Counted from the stretch's first letter, positions 48,569-60,194 are shown. The stretch is 64,000 bases of DNA from Clostridium sp. CAG:221 (GCF_000435835.1 NZ_FR883429.1), one strand, 5' to 3'. Translations and numbers: made by a program. Notes: generated by a model not told the origin, from the letters alone.

Positions 48569-49762
48569 TTATTTAAGCTTGCCTAAAAAAGATTTAATTC
48601 TATCCAATCCTTCTTCGATAACTTCCATAGATGTAGCATAAGATAATCTTATAAAATTTTCTAAACCAAAAGCTGCTCCAGGAATTACAGCTACTTTTTC
48701 TTCTTCTAATAACATTTTTGCAAATTCAATAGAATTATTTATCTTAACACCATTGATACTCTTACCAATAAAGTACGTTATATTAACCATAATATAAAAA
48801 GCTCCTTGAGGCTTGATAAAGCTCACTTCATCTATTTCTTCTAGCTTCTTCATCATAAAATTTCTTCTTTCTTCAAAAGCATTTTTCATCATATTAATAC
48901 TATCTTGTGGTCCAGTTAAAGCCTCTAATGCCGCATATTGTGATATTGAACACACATTAGAAGTCATATGGCTTTGCACACTACTCATTATCTTAGCTAA
49001 TTTAGCAGATGACGCCGTATAACCTACTCTCCACCCTGTCATAGCATAAGTTTTTGATAAACCATTAATTACAATTGTTCTTTCATATGCATCTTCTGAT
49101 AAACTTGCTATACTTACATGTTCTTCCCCATCATATATCAACTTCTCATAAATTTCATCTGAGATGATTATAAGATTATACTTTTTAGCTATTTGTGCTA
49201 TTTCTTCAAGTTCATTTTTGTTATAAACAATTCCCGTTGGATTATGGGGAGAGTTTAATAATATTGCTTTTGTTTTACTTGTTACTGCTTTTTCAATATT
49301 CTTTGCTGAAAGCTTATATCCATCATTTTCATCACAATTAACTATTACTGGTACTCCATCTGCTAATTTAATTAACTCAGTATAACTTACCCAGCAAGGA
49401 TTTTGTAAAATAACTTCGTCTCCCTTATTCAAAATAGCTAAAAAAGTATTAGCTAAGCATTGCTTTGCCCCTGTAGAAACAACAATTTGCTCCTCGCTAT
49501 AATTAAGATTATTTTCCTGATGCAATTTTTTACATATAGCTTTTCTAAGTTCAACTATTCCTGATGTCTTTGTATACTTTGTATATCCATCATCCATTGC
49601 TTTAATTGCTGCTTCTATTATATTCTTTGGAGTATTAAAATCTGGTTCTCCTGCAGCAAAACTCATTACATTAACACCTTGTGCTTTAAGTTCATTTGCT
49701 TTCCCAGTAATCTCCAAAGTTATTGATGGTGAAATACTATTTGCTTTTTTTGATAAATTCAT
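48569..49762 (-). CDS. aspC: PLP-dependent class I/II (aspartate) aminotransferase; start probably ATG 49762
   Basis: GEPDF, NSPHNPTG, SDEIY, SKTYAMTGWRVG. Confidence 0.88.
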   Translation of the reverse strand: MNLSKKANSISPSITLEITGKANELKAQGVNVMSFAAGEPDFNTPKNIIEAAIKAMDDGYTKYTKTSGIVELRKAICKKLHQENNLNYSEEQIVVSTGAKQCLANTFLAILNKGDEVILQNPCWVSYTELIKLADGVPVIVNCDENDGYKLSAKNIEKAVTSKTKAILLNSPHNPTGIVYNKNELEEIAQIAKKYNLIIISDEIYEKLIYDGEEHVSIASLSEDAYERTIVINGLSKTYAMTGWRVGYTASSAKLAKIMSSVQSHMTSNVCSISQYAALEALTGPQDSINMMKNAFEERRNFMMKKLEEIDEVSFIKPQGAFYIMVNITYFIGKSINGVKINNSIEFAKMLLEEEKVAVIPGAAFGLENFIRLSYATSMEVIEEGLDRIKSFLGKLK

Positions 49763-49781
49763 TGTCAATCCCCCATATACA

Positions 49782-50612
49782 CTACTTAAAACTTTTCATA
49801 AACTTATCTAGCATTATTTCATCTAGACCGCAACTACCTATATTATTCTCCTTATACGTGCTTCCACCATGAAAATCACTTCCTCCAGTAATTGCTAGTT
49901 TATACTTTTTTGCTAAATTGTAAAATTCATTACTATCCCTCTTATCATGACTAGGATGGTAAACTTCAACTCCACTAAGCCCAAAGCACTTTAATTCTTT
50001 TAAGATTTTTTCCACTTCCATACGTTTATAAATCTGCCCTGGATGAGCAAGAACAGCCACACCACCGGCACTTTTTATTATATCGATAGCTTCTTTATAT
50101 GACAATCTAAAACCTCTTTCATAACCAGGCTTTCCCTTGATTAAAAAACTTTGAAACGCTTGCTTGTAATTGGAAAAATACCCCTTTTCAACCATAGCAT
50201 TGGCTATATGACTTCGACCCAAAGTTTCGTTATTATTTTTATACAGTTCATCAATTCCTAACTGTATATCATATTCTCTTAAGTTAGTTATTATTTTTTG
50301 CACTCTATCTAACCTTTTATCATTGAGCATCTTAACACTTTCTCTTAACCGTTCATTATTTACATCAATACAATACCCCAAAATATGTAGTTCCATCTCA
50401 TTATATTCAGCACTGAGCTCAATTCCAGAAATAATATCAATATCTTCTACCTCTTTGCCATTAATATATTGGCCACCAATAGAATCATGATCAGTTATAG
50501 ATATATATTTAACTCCATTTTTCTTGGCAATATCTATTATTTCTTCAGGAGTATATGCACCATCAGAATAACTTGAATGAATATGTAAATCTGCATACTT
50601 CATTTTATACAC
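49782..50612 (-). CDS. PHP-domain metal-dependent phosphoesterase
   Basis: DLHIHSSYSDG, ITDHD, LAHP, GGSDFHG. Confidence 0.9.
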   Translation of the reverse strand: MYKMKYADLHIHSSYSDGAYTPEEIIDIAKKNGVKYISITDHDSIGGQYINGKEVEDIDIISGIELSAEYNEMELHILGYCIDVNNERLRESVKMLNDKRLDRVQKIITNLREYDIQLGIDELYKNNNETLGRSHIANAMVEKGYFSNYKQAFQSFLIKGKPGYERGFRLSYKEAIDIIKSAGGVAVLAHPGQIYKRMEVEKILKELKCFGLSGVEVYHPSHDKRDSNEFYNLAKKYKLAITGGSDFHGGSTYKENNIGSCGLDEIMLDKFMKSFK

Positions 50613-50751
50613 CTTTTTTCTTTCGTTAAAGTAATCTTTATATATTATAAGATAACTTATATTTTCAATTAATTATAGTTAAAATATATCATTCTGGTAT
50701 AAAAAAGTAAATGTATTAATATGAAAAAGTACCCATTAAGGGTACTTTAAA

Positions 50752-51081
50752 TTATTGATCTGCTAATACTTCTTCGTAGTACTTAGAAACTTTATCAAAT
50801 TCAGCTTCTTCTGGTACTGTTAATTCACCATTTTCTGATGATTTAAATAAGTATACTGAGTTATCTTCTGGATTTTGAGCTAAAACATATTCAGCTTCTT
50901 CATATTCAAAAGCATCAACGATTGGACATGAAATTATATTTCCATTATCGTCTTCTAAATCTATTACAAAGTGTTCATGTTCGTGTTCTCCACATCCACA
51001 TCCACATGCATCATGTCCGTGGTTATCTCCACATCCACAGTTATCTCCACATCCACATTTATCTAATTCTTTTTCGCTCAT
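50752..51081 (-). CDS. DUF1292-like protein with Cys/His-rich N-terminus
   Basis: CGCGDNCGCGDNHGHDACGCGCGEHEHEH, then IDLEDDNG..DAFEYEEAEY. Confidence 0.75.
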   Translation of the reverse strand: MSEKELDKCGCGDNCGCGDNHGHDACGCGCGEHEHEHFVIDLEDDNGNIISCPIVDAFEYEEAEYVLAQNPEDNSVYLFKSSENGELTVPEEAEFDKVSKYYEEVLADQ

Positions 51082-51197
51082 TTTTCTTCCTCCTAATATT
51101 AGTAGTCTTTATCATTGTACCCCCAATTATTAAAAATTAAAAGTAAAATCTAATTATATTTAAGAAAAATTTTCTATTAATAAAAAAACTCATTATA

Positions 51198-51476
51198 TTA
51201 GTAATATATGCCCTCATCTATGTATTCACCTTTCCAAAGTAACTTAATCCAGTATTCACTTTCATTAGCCTCCTTTAAAGCAATATGCATTTTTGAAATA
51301 AAGTCTTTCTTACTTTGTGCAAATCTACTTTCAGCAACATTAGCACCTATAGATGTTGAACTTTTTAGTAATTGTTTTGACATAACAAATTCTTTCTTAT
51401 CTATTAACAATTTATAGATTTCTATAATTAGCACTGAGAAATTTTCGCATTTTACATATATAATGCTTTTATTCAC
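51198..51476 (-). CDS. Four-helix-bundle protein (23S-IVP/Avd-like family), possibly C-terminally truncated
   Basis: KQLLKSSTSIGANVAE..QSKKDFISKMHIALKEANESEYW. Confidence 0.8.
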   Translation of the reverse strand: MNKSIIYVKCENFSVLIIEIYKLLIDKKEFVMSKQLLKSSTSIGANVAESRFAQSKKDFISKMHIALKEANESEYWIKLLWKGEYIDEGIYY

Positions 51477-51598
51477 TTTATCCCCTCATTAAAAGCATTG
51501 ACATATATCCTCTTTTATAAACTCTTAATAAATAAACTTTTCACTATTGCTTGCAATAACTTAACCGAATTATGACTTTAGTCCATAATTCCCTTAAC

Positions 51599-51626
51599 AA
51601 AAAAGAGACCGTTTGGTCTCTTTTTT
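51599..51626 (-). terminator. Terminator after nifJ
   Basis: aaaaaagagacc-gttt-ggtctctttttt. Confidence 0.9.
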
Positions 51627-51627
51627 A

Positions 51628-54600
51628 CTATTCTTGATTTGCAAGTCTCTTGTAGTTGTTTAATCTTTCAATAGCATCAGCATGTGTCTTTTCAAATAAT
51701 TGATCAGCCACTTCTGGGAATGCTTTAGCAAGAGATGCATATCTTACTTCACCCATTAAGAATTCTTTAAAGTCACCCTTAGGTTCTTTAGAATCTAAGG
51801 TAAATGGATTCTTTCCTTCAGCTTTTAATGTTGGGTTATATCTGTATAATGACCAATATCCACAGTCAACAGCTTTCTTAGCTTCTGCTTGTGAATTTGT
51901 CATACCAGCTTTAATACCATGGTTAATACATGGAGCATAAGCTATTATTAATGATGGTCCATCATAGCTTTCAGCTTCTGCAATGGCTTTAAGTGTTTGA
52001 TTCTTATCAGCACCCATACAGATTTGAGCTACATATACATAACCATAGCTCATTGCCATCATACCTAAATCTTTCTTCTTAGTTCTCTTTCCTGATGCAG
52101 CAAACTTAGCTATTGCAGCAGTTGGAGTAGCTTTTGAAGATTGTCCACCTGTATTGGAATAAACTTCTGTATCGAATACAAATACATTTACATTTTCTCC
52201 TGAAGCTAAAACATGGTCAACTCCACCGTATCCGATATCATAAGCCCAACCGTCTCCTCCAAAGATCCATTGAGATCTCTTAACGAAGTATTCTTTGTCT
52301 TTTAATATTTCTTGTGCTATTGGAGCATCGCATCCTTCTAAGGCAGCAACCATATCCTTTGCTCTTTCTCTAGTTCCCTCAGAATTATTCATGCCTTCAA
52401 GCCATGCACTTAATACTTCCTTTACATCTTCAGATATTTCTTCTTCTAAAGCATTTTTAACATTTTCAGCAATTCTGTTTCTTATTGCTTCAACACCTAA
52501 GAACATACCTAAACCATATTCAGCATTATCTTCAAATAAAGAGTTAGCCCATGCTGGTCCATGTCCTTCTTGATTTACAGTGTATGGTGTTGCTGGAGCA
52601 GAACCACCCCAAATTGAAGAACATCCTGTAGCGTTAGCTACCATCATTCTATCACCAAATAATTGAGTTATAAGTTTAGCATATGGAGTTTCTCCACAAC
52701 CTGCACATGAACCTGAGAACTCAAGTAATGGTTGTTCAAATTGACTTCCCTTAACTGTATTCTTGTTCATTGGATTCTTCTTATTTTTAACCTTTGATAC
52801 TGCATAATCCCAAGCTTCTATTTGATCATGTTCAGAATCTTGTGGTTTCATTACTAATGCTTTTCCTGGAGCTGGACATACTTCAGCACAGTTTCCGCAT
52901 CCTGTACAATCAAGAGGAGATACTCCTAATGAATAAATATATGGTGTTTCACTCTTTAATGCTTTAGCAGCAACCATCTTCATACTTTCTGGTGCATTAG
53001 CCTTTTCTTCTTCAGTTAATAAGAAAGGTCTAATTGCAGCATGAGGACAAACAAATGCACATTGATTACATTGAATACATTTATCTTCTTGCCATTCTGG
53101 AACATTAATAGCTATTCCTCTCTTTTCATATGCAGCAGTACCTGCCATGAAAGTACCATCTTCCATTCCATTTTTAATGAATGTTGAAACTGGAATAGTA
53201 TCACCTTGTTGTCTATTCATTGGTTCAACTATTTCTTTAATAAATTCTGGAAGGTCAGTTGTAGCTGCTGCTTCATCATTTGAAGTAGCTGTAGCCCATG
53301 AAGCTGGTACATCTATCTTAACTATAGCTTGTACACCTGCATCTATAGCAGCATTATTCATGTTTACAACTTTTTCACCTTTCTTACCATAAGAAGTTAC
53401 AACTGCTTGTTTTAAGTATTTAATTGCATCTTCTACAGGAATTATATCTGCTATCTTAAAGAAAGCAGCTTGCATTATCATGTTAATTCTTCCACCAAGA
53501 CCAATTTCTTGTGCAATCTTAACTGCATTTAAAGTGTAGAAGGAAATATTATTTTCAGCAATGAATTTCTTCATAGAAGCTGGTAATTTTTCTTCCACTT
53601 CTTCTGGAGTCCAAATAGTATTTAATAAGAAGCTTCCGTTCTTCTTTAATCCTTCTAATACATCATATTTATATACATAAGATTGATTATGACATGCTAC
53701 AAAATCAGCCTTATTGATTAAATATGGTGATTTAATTGGCTTCTTACCGAATCTTAAGTGAGATACTGTAATACCACCTGATTTTTTAGAGTCATATGAG
53801 AAATAACCTTGAGCATACATATCTGTATGGTCACCTATTATCTTAATAGCACTCTTATTAGCACCTACAGTACCGTCAGATCCTAATCCCCAGAACTTAC
53901 ATGCTTTTGTTCCTTCTGGTGTAGCATCAATGTCATCTGTAGCTACCAATGATGTATTTGTAACATCATCTACTATTCCAATAGTGAATCCATTTTTAGG
54001 TTCATCAGCATTTAAGTTTGCATAAACTGCTGCTATATGAGATGGATTTGGGTCTTTAGAACCTAAACCAAATCTTCCTCCAACTATCATTGGAGCATTT
54101 TCTTTTCCATAGAATGCTCTTACAACATCTAAGTATAAAGGTTCTCCAATTGATCCTGGTTCCTTAGTCTTATCTAATACAGCAATTTTCTTAACTGTAT
54201 CTGGAATAGTATTTAATAATCTTTCTATTGAGAATGGTCTGTAAAGTCTTACTTTAACTAAACCAACCTTTTCTCCTTTAGAATTTAAATAATCAACAGT
54301 TTCTTCAGCAACATCTATCACTGATCCCATTGCAACAATTACTCTATCAGCATCTTTTGCTCCATAGTAATCGAAACAATGATATTCTCTTCCTGTTAAT
54401 TTAGTGATTTCAGCCATGTAGTCTTCTACTACAGCTGGAATATCATCATAATATTTATTTACTGCTTCTCTAGTTTGGAAGTAGATATCAGGGTTTTGTG
54501 CTGTACCTCTTGTAACTGGATGATCTGGATTCATTGCTGTCTTTCTAAAGCTTTCCACAGCTTCCATATCAACTAATGGTGCTAATTCTTCCTGATCTAA

Positions 54601-55152
54601 AACTTCAATTTTTTGAATTTCATGTGATGTTCTAAATCCATCAAAGAAGTTTAAGAATGGCATTCTTGTCTTTATAGCAGTTAAATGTGCAACTGCTGCT
54701 AAATCCATGACTTCTTGTACTGATCCTTCAGCAAGCATAGCAAAACCTGTTTGTCTTGCAGCCATAACATCTTGATGATCTCCGAATATATTTAATGATG
54801 ATGTAGCTAATGCTCTAGCAGATACATGGAAAACACCTGGTAATCTTTCACCTGCTATTTTATACATATTTGGTATCATTAATAGTAAACCTTGAGATGC
54901 AGTATAAGTTGTAGTATATGCACCTGCTTGTAATGAACCATGAACTGCTCCAGCTGCCCCTGCTTCTGATTGCATTTCCATTACTTTAACTGGTCTTCCA
55001 AAAATATTTTTTCTTCCTTGTGCAACCCATTCATCAACATGTTCTGCCATTGGTGATGATGGTGTTATTGGATAGATTGCAGTAACTTCTGTAAACATAT
55101 ATGATATATGTGCAGCTGCAGTATTACCATCCATAGTTTTCATCTTTCTCAT
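51628..55152 (-). CDS. nifJ: Pyruvate:ferredoxin/flavodoxin oxidoreductase
   Basis: YPITPSS, two 4Fe-4S motifs (CIQCNQC, CTGCGNC), GGDGWAYDIG TPP motif. Confidence 0.97.
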   Translation of the reverse strand: MRKMKTMDGNTAAAHISYMFTEVTAIYPITPSSPMAEHVDEWVAQGRKNIFGRPVKVMEMQSEAGAAGAVHGSLQAGAYTTTYTASQGLLLMIPNMYKIAGERLPGVFHVSARALATSSLNIFGDHQDVMAARQTGFAMLAEGSVQEVMDLAAVAHLTAIKTRMPFLNFFDGFRTSHEIQKIEVLDQEELAPLVDMEAVESFRKTAMNPDHPVTRGTAQNPDIYFQTREAVNKYYDDIPAVVEDYMAEITKLTGREYHCFDYYGAKDADRVIVAMGSVIDVAEETVDYLNSKGEKVGLVKVRLYRPFSIERLLNTIPDTVKKIAVLDKTKEPGSIGEPLYLDVVRAFYGKENAPMIVGGRFGLGSKDPNPSHIAAVYANLNADEPKNGFTIGIVDDVTNTSLVATDDIDATPEGTKACKFWGLGSDGTVGANKSAIKIIGDHTDMYAQGYFSYDSKKSGGITVSHLRFGKKPIKSPYLINKADFVACHNQSYVYKYDVLEGLKKNGSFLLNTIWTPEEVEEKLPASMKKFIAENNISFYTLNAVKIAQEIGLGGRINMIMQAAFFKIADIIPVEDAIKYLKQAVVTSYGKKGEKVVNMNNAAIDAGVQAIVKIDVPASWATATSNDEAAATTDLPEFIKEIVEPMNRQQGDTIPVSTFIKNGMEDGTFMAGTAAYEKRGIAINVPEWQEDKCIQCNQCAFVCPHAAIRPFLLTEEEKANAPESMKMVAAKALKSETPYIYSLGVSPLDCTGCGNCAEVCPAPGKALVMKPQDSEHDQIEAWDYAVSKVKNKKNPMNKNTVKGSQFEQPLLEFSGSCAGCGETPYAKLITQLFGDRMMVANATGCSSIWGGSAPATPYTVNQEGHGPAWANSLFEDNAEYGLGMFLGVEAIRNRIAENVKNALEEEISEDVKEVLSAWLEGMNNSEGTRERAKDMVAALEGCDAPIAQEILKDKEYFVKRSQWIFGGDGWAYDIGYGGVDHVLASGENVNVFVFDTEVYSNTGGQSSKATPTAAIAKFAASGKRTKKKDLGMMAMSYGYVYVAQICMGADKNQTLKAIAEAESYDGPSLIIAYAPCINHGIKAGMTNSQAEAKKAVDCGYWSLYRYNPTLKAEGKNPFTLDSKEPKGDFKEFLMGEVRYASLAKAFPEVADQLFEKTHADAIERLNNYKRLANQE

Positions 55153-55250
55153 AATATCCCATTCTCCCCTTTAACTTTTCTATAAAATTGATGGAAGATA
55201 TTCTTTTATGAATATCTTCCTCCTTAAGTATATATTAATACCCTTGCTTT

Positions 55251-55694
55251 TTAGCAAGACTGATTAACCTTATTAGCTAAAGTGCTACCTAAATCTTCAG
55301 CAAACTTAATTTCCTCTTTCGTAAGTGATTCTTTTATTGCCAATTTACCAATTACATCAAATCCTGCTTCCTTCATAACAGACGACCATTTGTGTATAAA
55401 TTTATCATCTCTCCATCCACAAGATCCAAATAATACTACGGGCTTATTTTTTATATTAAGCTTACTTAGTTTATTTATAAATGGCTTCATATCAATCCTT
55501 TCAATATCATCCTCTACCATTGCTGGACTTCCTAAAGCGACTGCTCCAGCTTCTAGTACTTCATCTACAGATGAGTCATTTACATGTTTTATATCAACTT
55601 CTACATTGCTCATCTTAACGCCTTCCGCTATGGAATTAGCTAACTTTTCTACATTTCCACCATTACTCCAATAAATAATTGAAACTTTACTCAT
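55251..55694 (-). CDS. Short-chain flavodoxin
   Basis: YWSNGGNVE, LGSPAM, LFGSCGW. Confidence 0.85.
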   Translation of the reverse strand: MSKVSIIYWSNGGNVEKLANSIAEGVKMSNVEVDIKHVNDSSVDEVLEAGAVALGSPAMVEDDIERIDMKPFINKLSKLNIKNKPVVLFGSCGWRDDKFIHKWSSVMKEAGFDVIGKLAIKESLTKEEIKFAEDLGSTLANKVNQSC

Positions 55695-55794
55695 AATAGC
55701 ACCTCATCAAAGATTGTTAATTATTTGTCGCTCTATCTTTATTATATATCACCACAAATAATTTTCAAGATACCTTTTCCTTATTTTCTATTTT

Positions 55795-56868
55795 TTAACA
55801 AATACTTTTCATTATTATATCTATTATTGCATCTACTCCATTTTTTGCAGTACTTTTTTCCATATTCATTATTAATTCACTTTTCTTACTCTTTAATTCT
55901 TCTAGCTTATTCATTAATAAATCTTTTTCCATCATTTCATCTTCATCTAATACTAAAGAATAACCTTCTTTTTCAAAAGAAGCAGCATTTAAAATTTGAT
56001 CTCCTCTACTTACCTTCTTTGATAACGGAATTAATAATGTAGGCTTTTTAAGTGCTAGAAGCTCAAATATTCCATTAGCTCCCGCTCTAGAGATAACATA
56101 ATCACACGCTTTAAGCATATGTGGTAGCTCTTCCTTAACATATTCATATTGCTTATAACCTAAAGTTCCTTCTAAACTAGCATCTAAGTTTCCTTTTCCA
56201 CATATATGAATAACATTAAACTCCTTTAAGATATTTGTTAAATTTTTTCTTACTTCATCATTTATGCTTTTTGCACCTAAGCTTCCACCTATTACTAATA
56301 ATATTTCCTTTTCATCTTTAAACCCACAGATTTCCTTACCTTTAATTCTGCTTCCTTGTAGTATTTCTTCCCTAATAGGTGTTCCTGTAAGCACTCCCTT
56401 ACCTTCATTTATATATTTTAAGCTTTCTCTAAATGTTACACATAATTTATTACAAAATGGTGCTGCTAACTTATTAGCAAGACCTGGTGTTAAATCAGAT
56501 TCATGAGCTATTACTGGTATTTTCTTAATTGAAGCTGCCATGACTACTGGTACAGCCACAAAGCCACCTTTTGAAAATACTACATCTGGTTTTTCCTTAG
56601 ATAATATACTTAATGCCTGGCAAATACCTTTCATAACTTTAAAAGGATCTGTAAAATTTTTAACATCAAAATATCTTCTTAATTTTCCTGAAGAAATAGG
56701 ATAATATTCTATGGCTGCATCAGTTATTATTTCTTTTTCTATACCATTGTAACTGCCTATGTATTTTATTTCAAAACCCTTTTCTCTAAGCTTTGGAGCT
56801 AAAGCTAAATTTGGAGTAACATGTCCTGCTGTGCCTCCACCAGTCATTATTATCTTATATTTACTCAT
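55795..56868 (-). CDS. murG: MurG family GlcNAc transferase
   Basis: [36 protein letters not shown]. Confidence 0.92.
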   Translation of the reverse strand: MSKYKIIMTGGGTAGHVTPNLALAPKLREKGFEIKYIGSYNGIEKEIITDAAIEYYPISSGKLRRYFDVKNFTDPFKVMKGICQALSILSKEKPDVVFSKGGFVAVPVVMAASIKKIPVIAHESDLTPGLANKLAAPFCNKLCVTFRESLKYINEGKGVLTGTPIREEILQGSRIKGKEICGFKDEKEILLVIGGSLGAKSINDEVRKNLTNILKEFNVIHICGKGNLDASLEGTLGYKQYEYVKEELPHMLKACDYVISRAGANGIFELLALKKPTLLIPLSKKVSRGDQILNAASFEKEGYSLVLDEDEMMEKDLLMNKLEELKSKKSELIMNMEKSTAKNGVDAIIDIIMKSIC

Positions 56869-57012
56869 TATATTGCACCCCTATAATTATTTATTTCATT
56901 ACCATTTTACCACTTCAATATTTTTTTTCCACCATTTCCTTGAATTAAATAAAATAGAGTTTTAATATTGGGGCAAGATATTACTGTCAAAGGAAAAGGA
57001 GATGAATAATTA

Positions 57013-57213
57013 ATGTCAAACTCAAATTCAAAGTCACAAACATTAGTACCTGAAGCAAGAGGCGGATTAGAAAAATTTAAAAACCAAGTATCTAGCGAAA
57101 TGGGAGTACCATTTAGTGATTACAATGGCGATTTAACTTCTAAGCAATGTGGTAGCGTTGGCGGAGAAATGGTTAAACGTATGGTAGAACAATACGAACA
57201 AGGCTTAAAATAA
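57013..57213 (+). CDS. Alpha/beta-type small acid-soluble spore protein
   Basis: LVPEA..LEKFK..EMGV..GDLTSKQCGSVGGEMVKRMV. Confidence 0.95.
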   Translation: MSNSNSKSQTLVPEARGGLEKFKNQVSSEMGVPFSDYNGDLTSKQCGSVGGEMVKRMVEQYEQGLK

Positions 57214-57244
57214 AATTTCACAAATCCTTTGATTTATAAAAAAA

Positions 57245-57270
57245 AGGAGCTATTTTAAATAATAGCTCCT
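57245..57270. terminator. Terminator between convergent SASP and NlpC genes
   Basis: aggagctatt / aatagctcct. Confidence 0.8.
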
Positions 57271-57276
57271 CTACTT

Positions 57277-58530
57277 TTATAATATTCTTCTAGCTGCATA
57301 GAAGTTAGTAACAGGTGTAACTCTTATAGTTGAACCTGGATATGTAGCATTAATGTACATTCCACTTCCCACATAAATTCCAACATGTTCATTGTTATAA
57401 GTAAATACCAAGTCACCTGGTTGCATATTATTATATGAAACTGGAACTCCTACATTAATTTGAGTGTATGTAGTTCTTGTTATTTCTATACCTGCACAAT
57501 GTCTATATACATAACTTGTAAATCCTGAACAATCAAAAGTATCAGGTCCAACTGCTCCCCACACATATGGACGACCTAAGAAATTATATGCATAATTAAC
57601 AATATCCTGTCCCGTTACCTCTCCCTCACCTTTTTCAAACCAATAATCTGGGTTTTGATTTTTAAATGCCTCTTCCTGAGCAATACGTTCTGCTTCTAAA
57701 TAATTAATTCTTTCATTTGCCTCATTTATTAGTGAATCTGCTTTCTTTTTAGGGCCTTCCATAGTTAATTGATTGTCTTTTACAGCCTTCAATTGACTAA
57801 CTGCACCTCTTAAGCTACTAATAGAACTTTTAGAATCCTTTATTACATCTTCCTGAACTTTTAATAGTGCCATTTCTGCCACTTCTAAAACTTCCACACT
57901 GAACTTTTTCTGTTCCTCTTTCAGTTCTGTTAATAACTCTTCTTGCTCTTTTTTCTTTTCTTCTAATACTGCTCTCTCATCTTCAAGCATTACTAATAAC
58001 TTTTTAATTGTCTGCTTATTTAATTCTTGTTGCTCAAGTATATTATTTATTTCTTCCTTATCTTCATTAATACTATCAGCTATTTCTCTATCCATTCTAA
58101 TAAGCTTTGTAGTTACATACATCTTATCTAACAAATCTATAACATCTTCAGCTTGAAAAATTAGCGTAGCATAATTAATATTACCACCATTTTTTTGATA
58201 TTCTCTTAGACGCTTGTCTTTAATTTTTTCTCGTTCTTTTATTTGCTCTTCTAAACCTTTAATTCTTAATTCATTATTTTCAATTTGTAAATTTAGAGTA
58301 GATAACTCACTTTCTGCATCTTCAATAGTTCTTAAACATTGCTCTATTTCACTATTAAATTTCACTACCTCTTCAGTCATTTTATCTATACTTTTTTGAT
58401 ATTCTTCATATTTAGCTTGAGCATTAATAACATCTTCTTCAACATCAGCAAAAGTAACACTTGAAAAAGAAGATACCACTACTCCAACAGCCAATAAAAA
58501 TGAAATTATTTTCTTGTTATTCATATCCAT
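57277..58530 (-). CDS. Secreted coiled-coil NlpC/P60 peptidoglycan endopeptidase (CwlO/PcsB-like)
   Basis: Signal peptide, long coiled coil, PYVWGA..FDCSG, PGDL, HVGIY. Confidence 0.9.
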   Translation of the reverse strand: MDMNNKKIISFLLAVGVVVSSFSSVTFADVEEDVINAQAKYEEYQKSIDKMTEEVVKFNSEIEQCLRTIEDAESELSTLNLQIENNELRIKGLEEQIKEREKIKDKRLREYQKNGGNINYATLIFQAEDVIDLLDKMYVTTKLIRMDREIADSINEDKEEINNILEQQELNKQTIKKLLVMLEDERAVLEEKKKEQEELLTELKEEQKKFSVEVLEVAEMALLKVQEDVIKDSKSSISSLRGAVSQLKAVKDNQLTMEGPKKKADSLINEANERINYLEAERIAQEEAFKNQNPDYWFEKGEGEVTGQDIVNYAYNFLGRPYVWGAVGPDTFDCSGFTSYVYRHCAGIEITRTTYTQINVGVPVSYNNMQPGDLVFTYNNEHVGIYVGSGMYINATYPGSTIRVTPVTNFYAARRIL

Positions 58531-58683
58531 CCCCTAATTTTTTCTTTTGTACTATGAATTACAAAAGGGATATGCTCCCTCTAATGAACATATCCCTTTT
58601 TAATCAAATACTATTTTACTTAGTTTTTATTATTATGTCTAGACTTTATATTAACACAATTTATATTTTATTCATTTTTATAA

Positions 58684-60194
58684 TTATTGCGATACTCTAA
58701 AATTATTTATCACCATCTGAACCTTTTTATTGCCCATATATTCATTAATTTCTGGATAGTAAACAAAATCCATTTTTATAGTTCTTGCATTACCATCTAA
58801 AAGCTTCATATATTCCATTTCACCATAGTTATTTTTAACTTCTTCCTCGAAAACTTCAATATTGCCAAAATATATTCCATCAATAAACATACTGCCATCT
58901 GTTAAATTTAATTTTAAAACATTTTTATCTTTACCTAATATCCTAGCTCCTCTGACAATTAAATTTTTCACTGCAAAATTTGGCTTGGAATTTCCTTTAC
59001 CATAAGGTTCTAGCATAGATATTTCATCAATAAGTCCATAATTTATCTCACTTAATTTAAGCGCCATATCAATGGATACCTTAGGAATTACATCTTCATC
59101 AGTTAACACTGTAAGTTCATTAAGCCTTTTTCTAAACTCATCTATATTTTCCCTAGGAATAGACATTCCTGCTGCCATAGGATGGCCACCGAACTTTCCT
59201 AGAATATCTTTACATTTTATTAATTCTTCATACATATTATATTCTTCTATGGAACGCCCTGATCCCTTAGCTCCATCATGTGCCTTTGTAAGCACAATAG
59301 CTGGTAGATTATATCTTTCCCTAATCCTTCCTGCAATTATCCCTGCTATACTTTCATGAACATCTTCTAGATATACCACCAAAACTTTATCTTTATCCAT
59401 ATTGTTGCTCTCAATTATTTCAATGGCTTTTTCCAAACCTTCCTTTGTTAGTTCTTGTCTATCTTTATTTAATTCATGAAGCTTGTCAGCTAATTCTTCT
59501 GCCAACTCTTTATTTTCTTCCATTAATAATTTCAATGCCCATATGGCTTGCTCCAATCTTCCAGAAGCATTAATGCTAGGTCCTATAACAAAGCCTAAGG
59601 AATAAACATTAATAGTTTTTCCTTCTAAACCAGTTGCCTTAAACAATGCCCTTAAGCCAATGTTGTTTGTATTATTAATAAGTTCCAATCCTTTTTTAAG
59701 CATTATTCTATTTTCATCTACCAAATCCACTACATCACAAACAACAGCTATAGCAACATATTGTAGTAATTCAATAGCTTCACTTTCTGGTATATTAAAT
59801 TCCCTATAAAGTTCTTCAATAAACTTAAAAGCAACCCCAGCTCCACATAAGCTTTTAAATGGATAGTTGCAATCTTTTCTCTTAGGATTAACTACACAAT
59901 CTCCCTTAGGAATTATATATTCCCTACTACCATCCTCTTTTTCTATAAAAGGAATATCATGATGATCTGTTACTATAACCTTTAAGCCTAATTCTTTAGC
60001 TAAACGTATTTGATCTATAGCAGATATTCCATTATCACAAGTAATAATTATATCTACATTATCCTCGGCAGCTTTTCTAATTATACTTTCATTTATTCCA
60101 TAACCTTCTTTTATTCTATCTGGTATATGAAAACTTACATTAGCATTACATCTAGTCAATGCCTTATTTAGAATATAAGTACTTATAACGCCGT
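58684..60194 (-). CDS. recJ: RecJ ssDNA exonuclease, 3' exon
   Basis: PDRIKEGYG, ITCDNG, VTDHH, VNP, DVVDL, GSGRS, FGGHPMAAG, LEPYGKGN. Confidence 0.93.
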
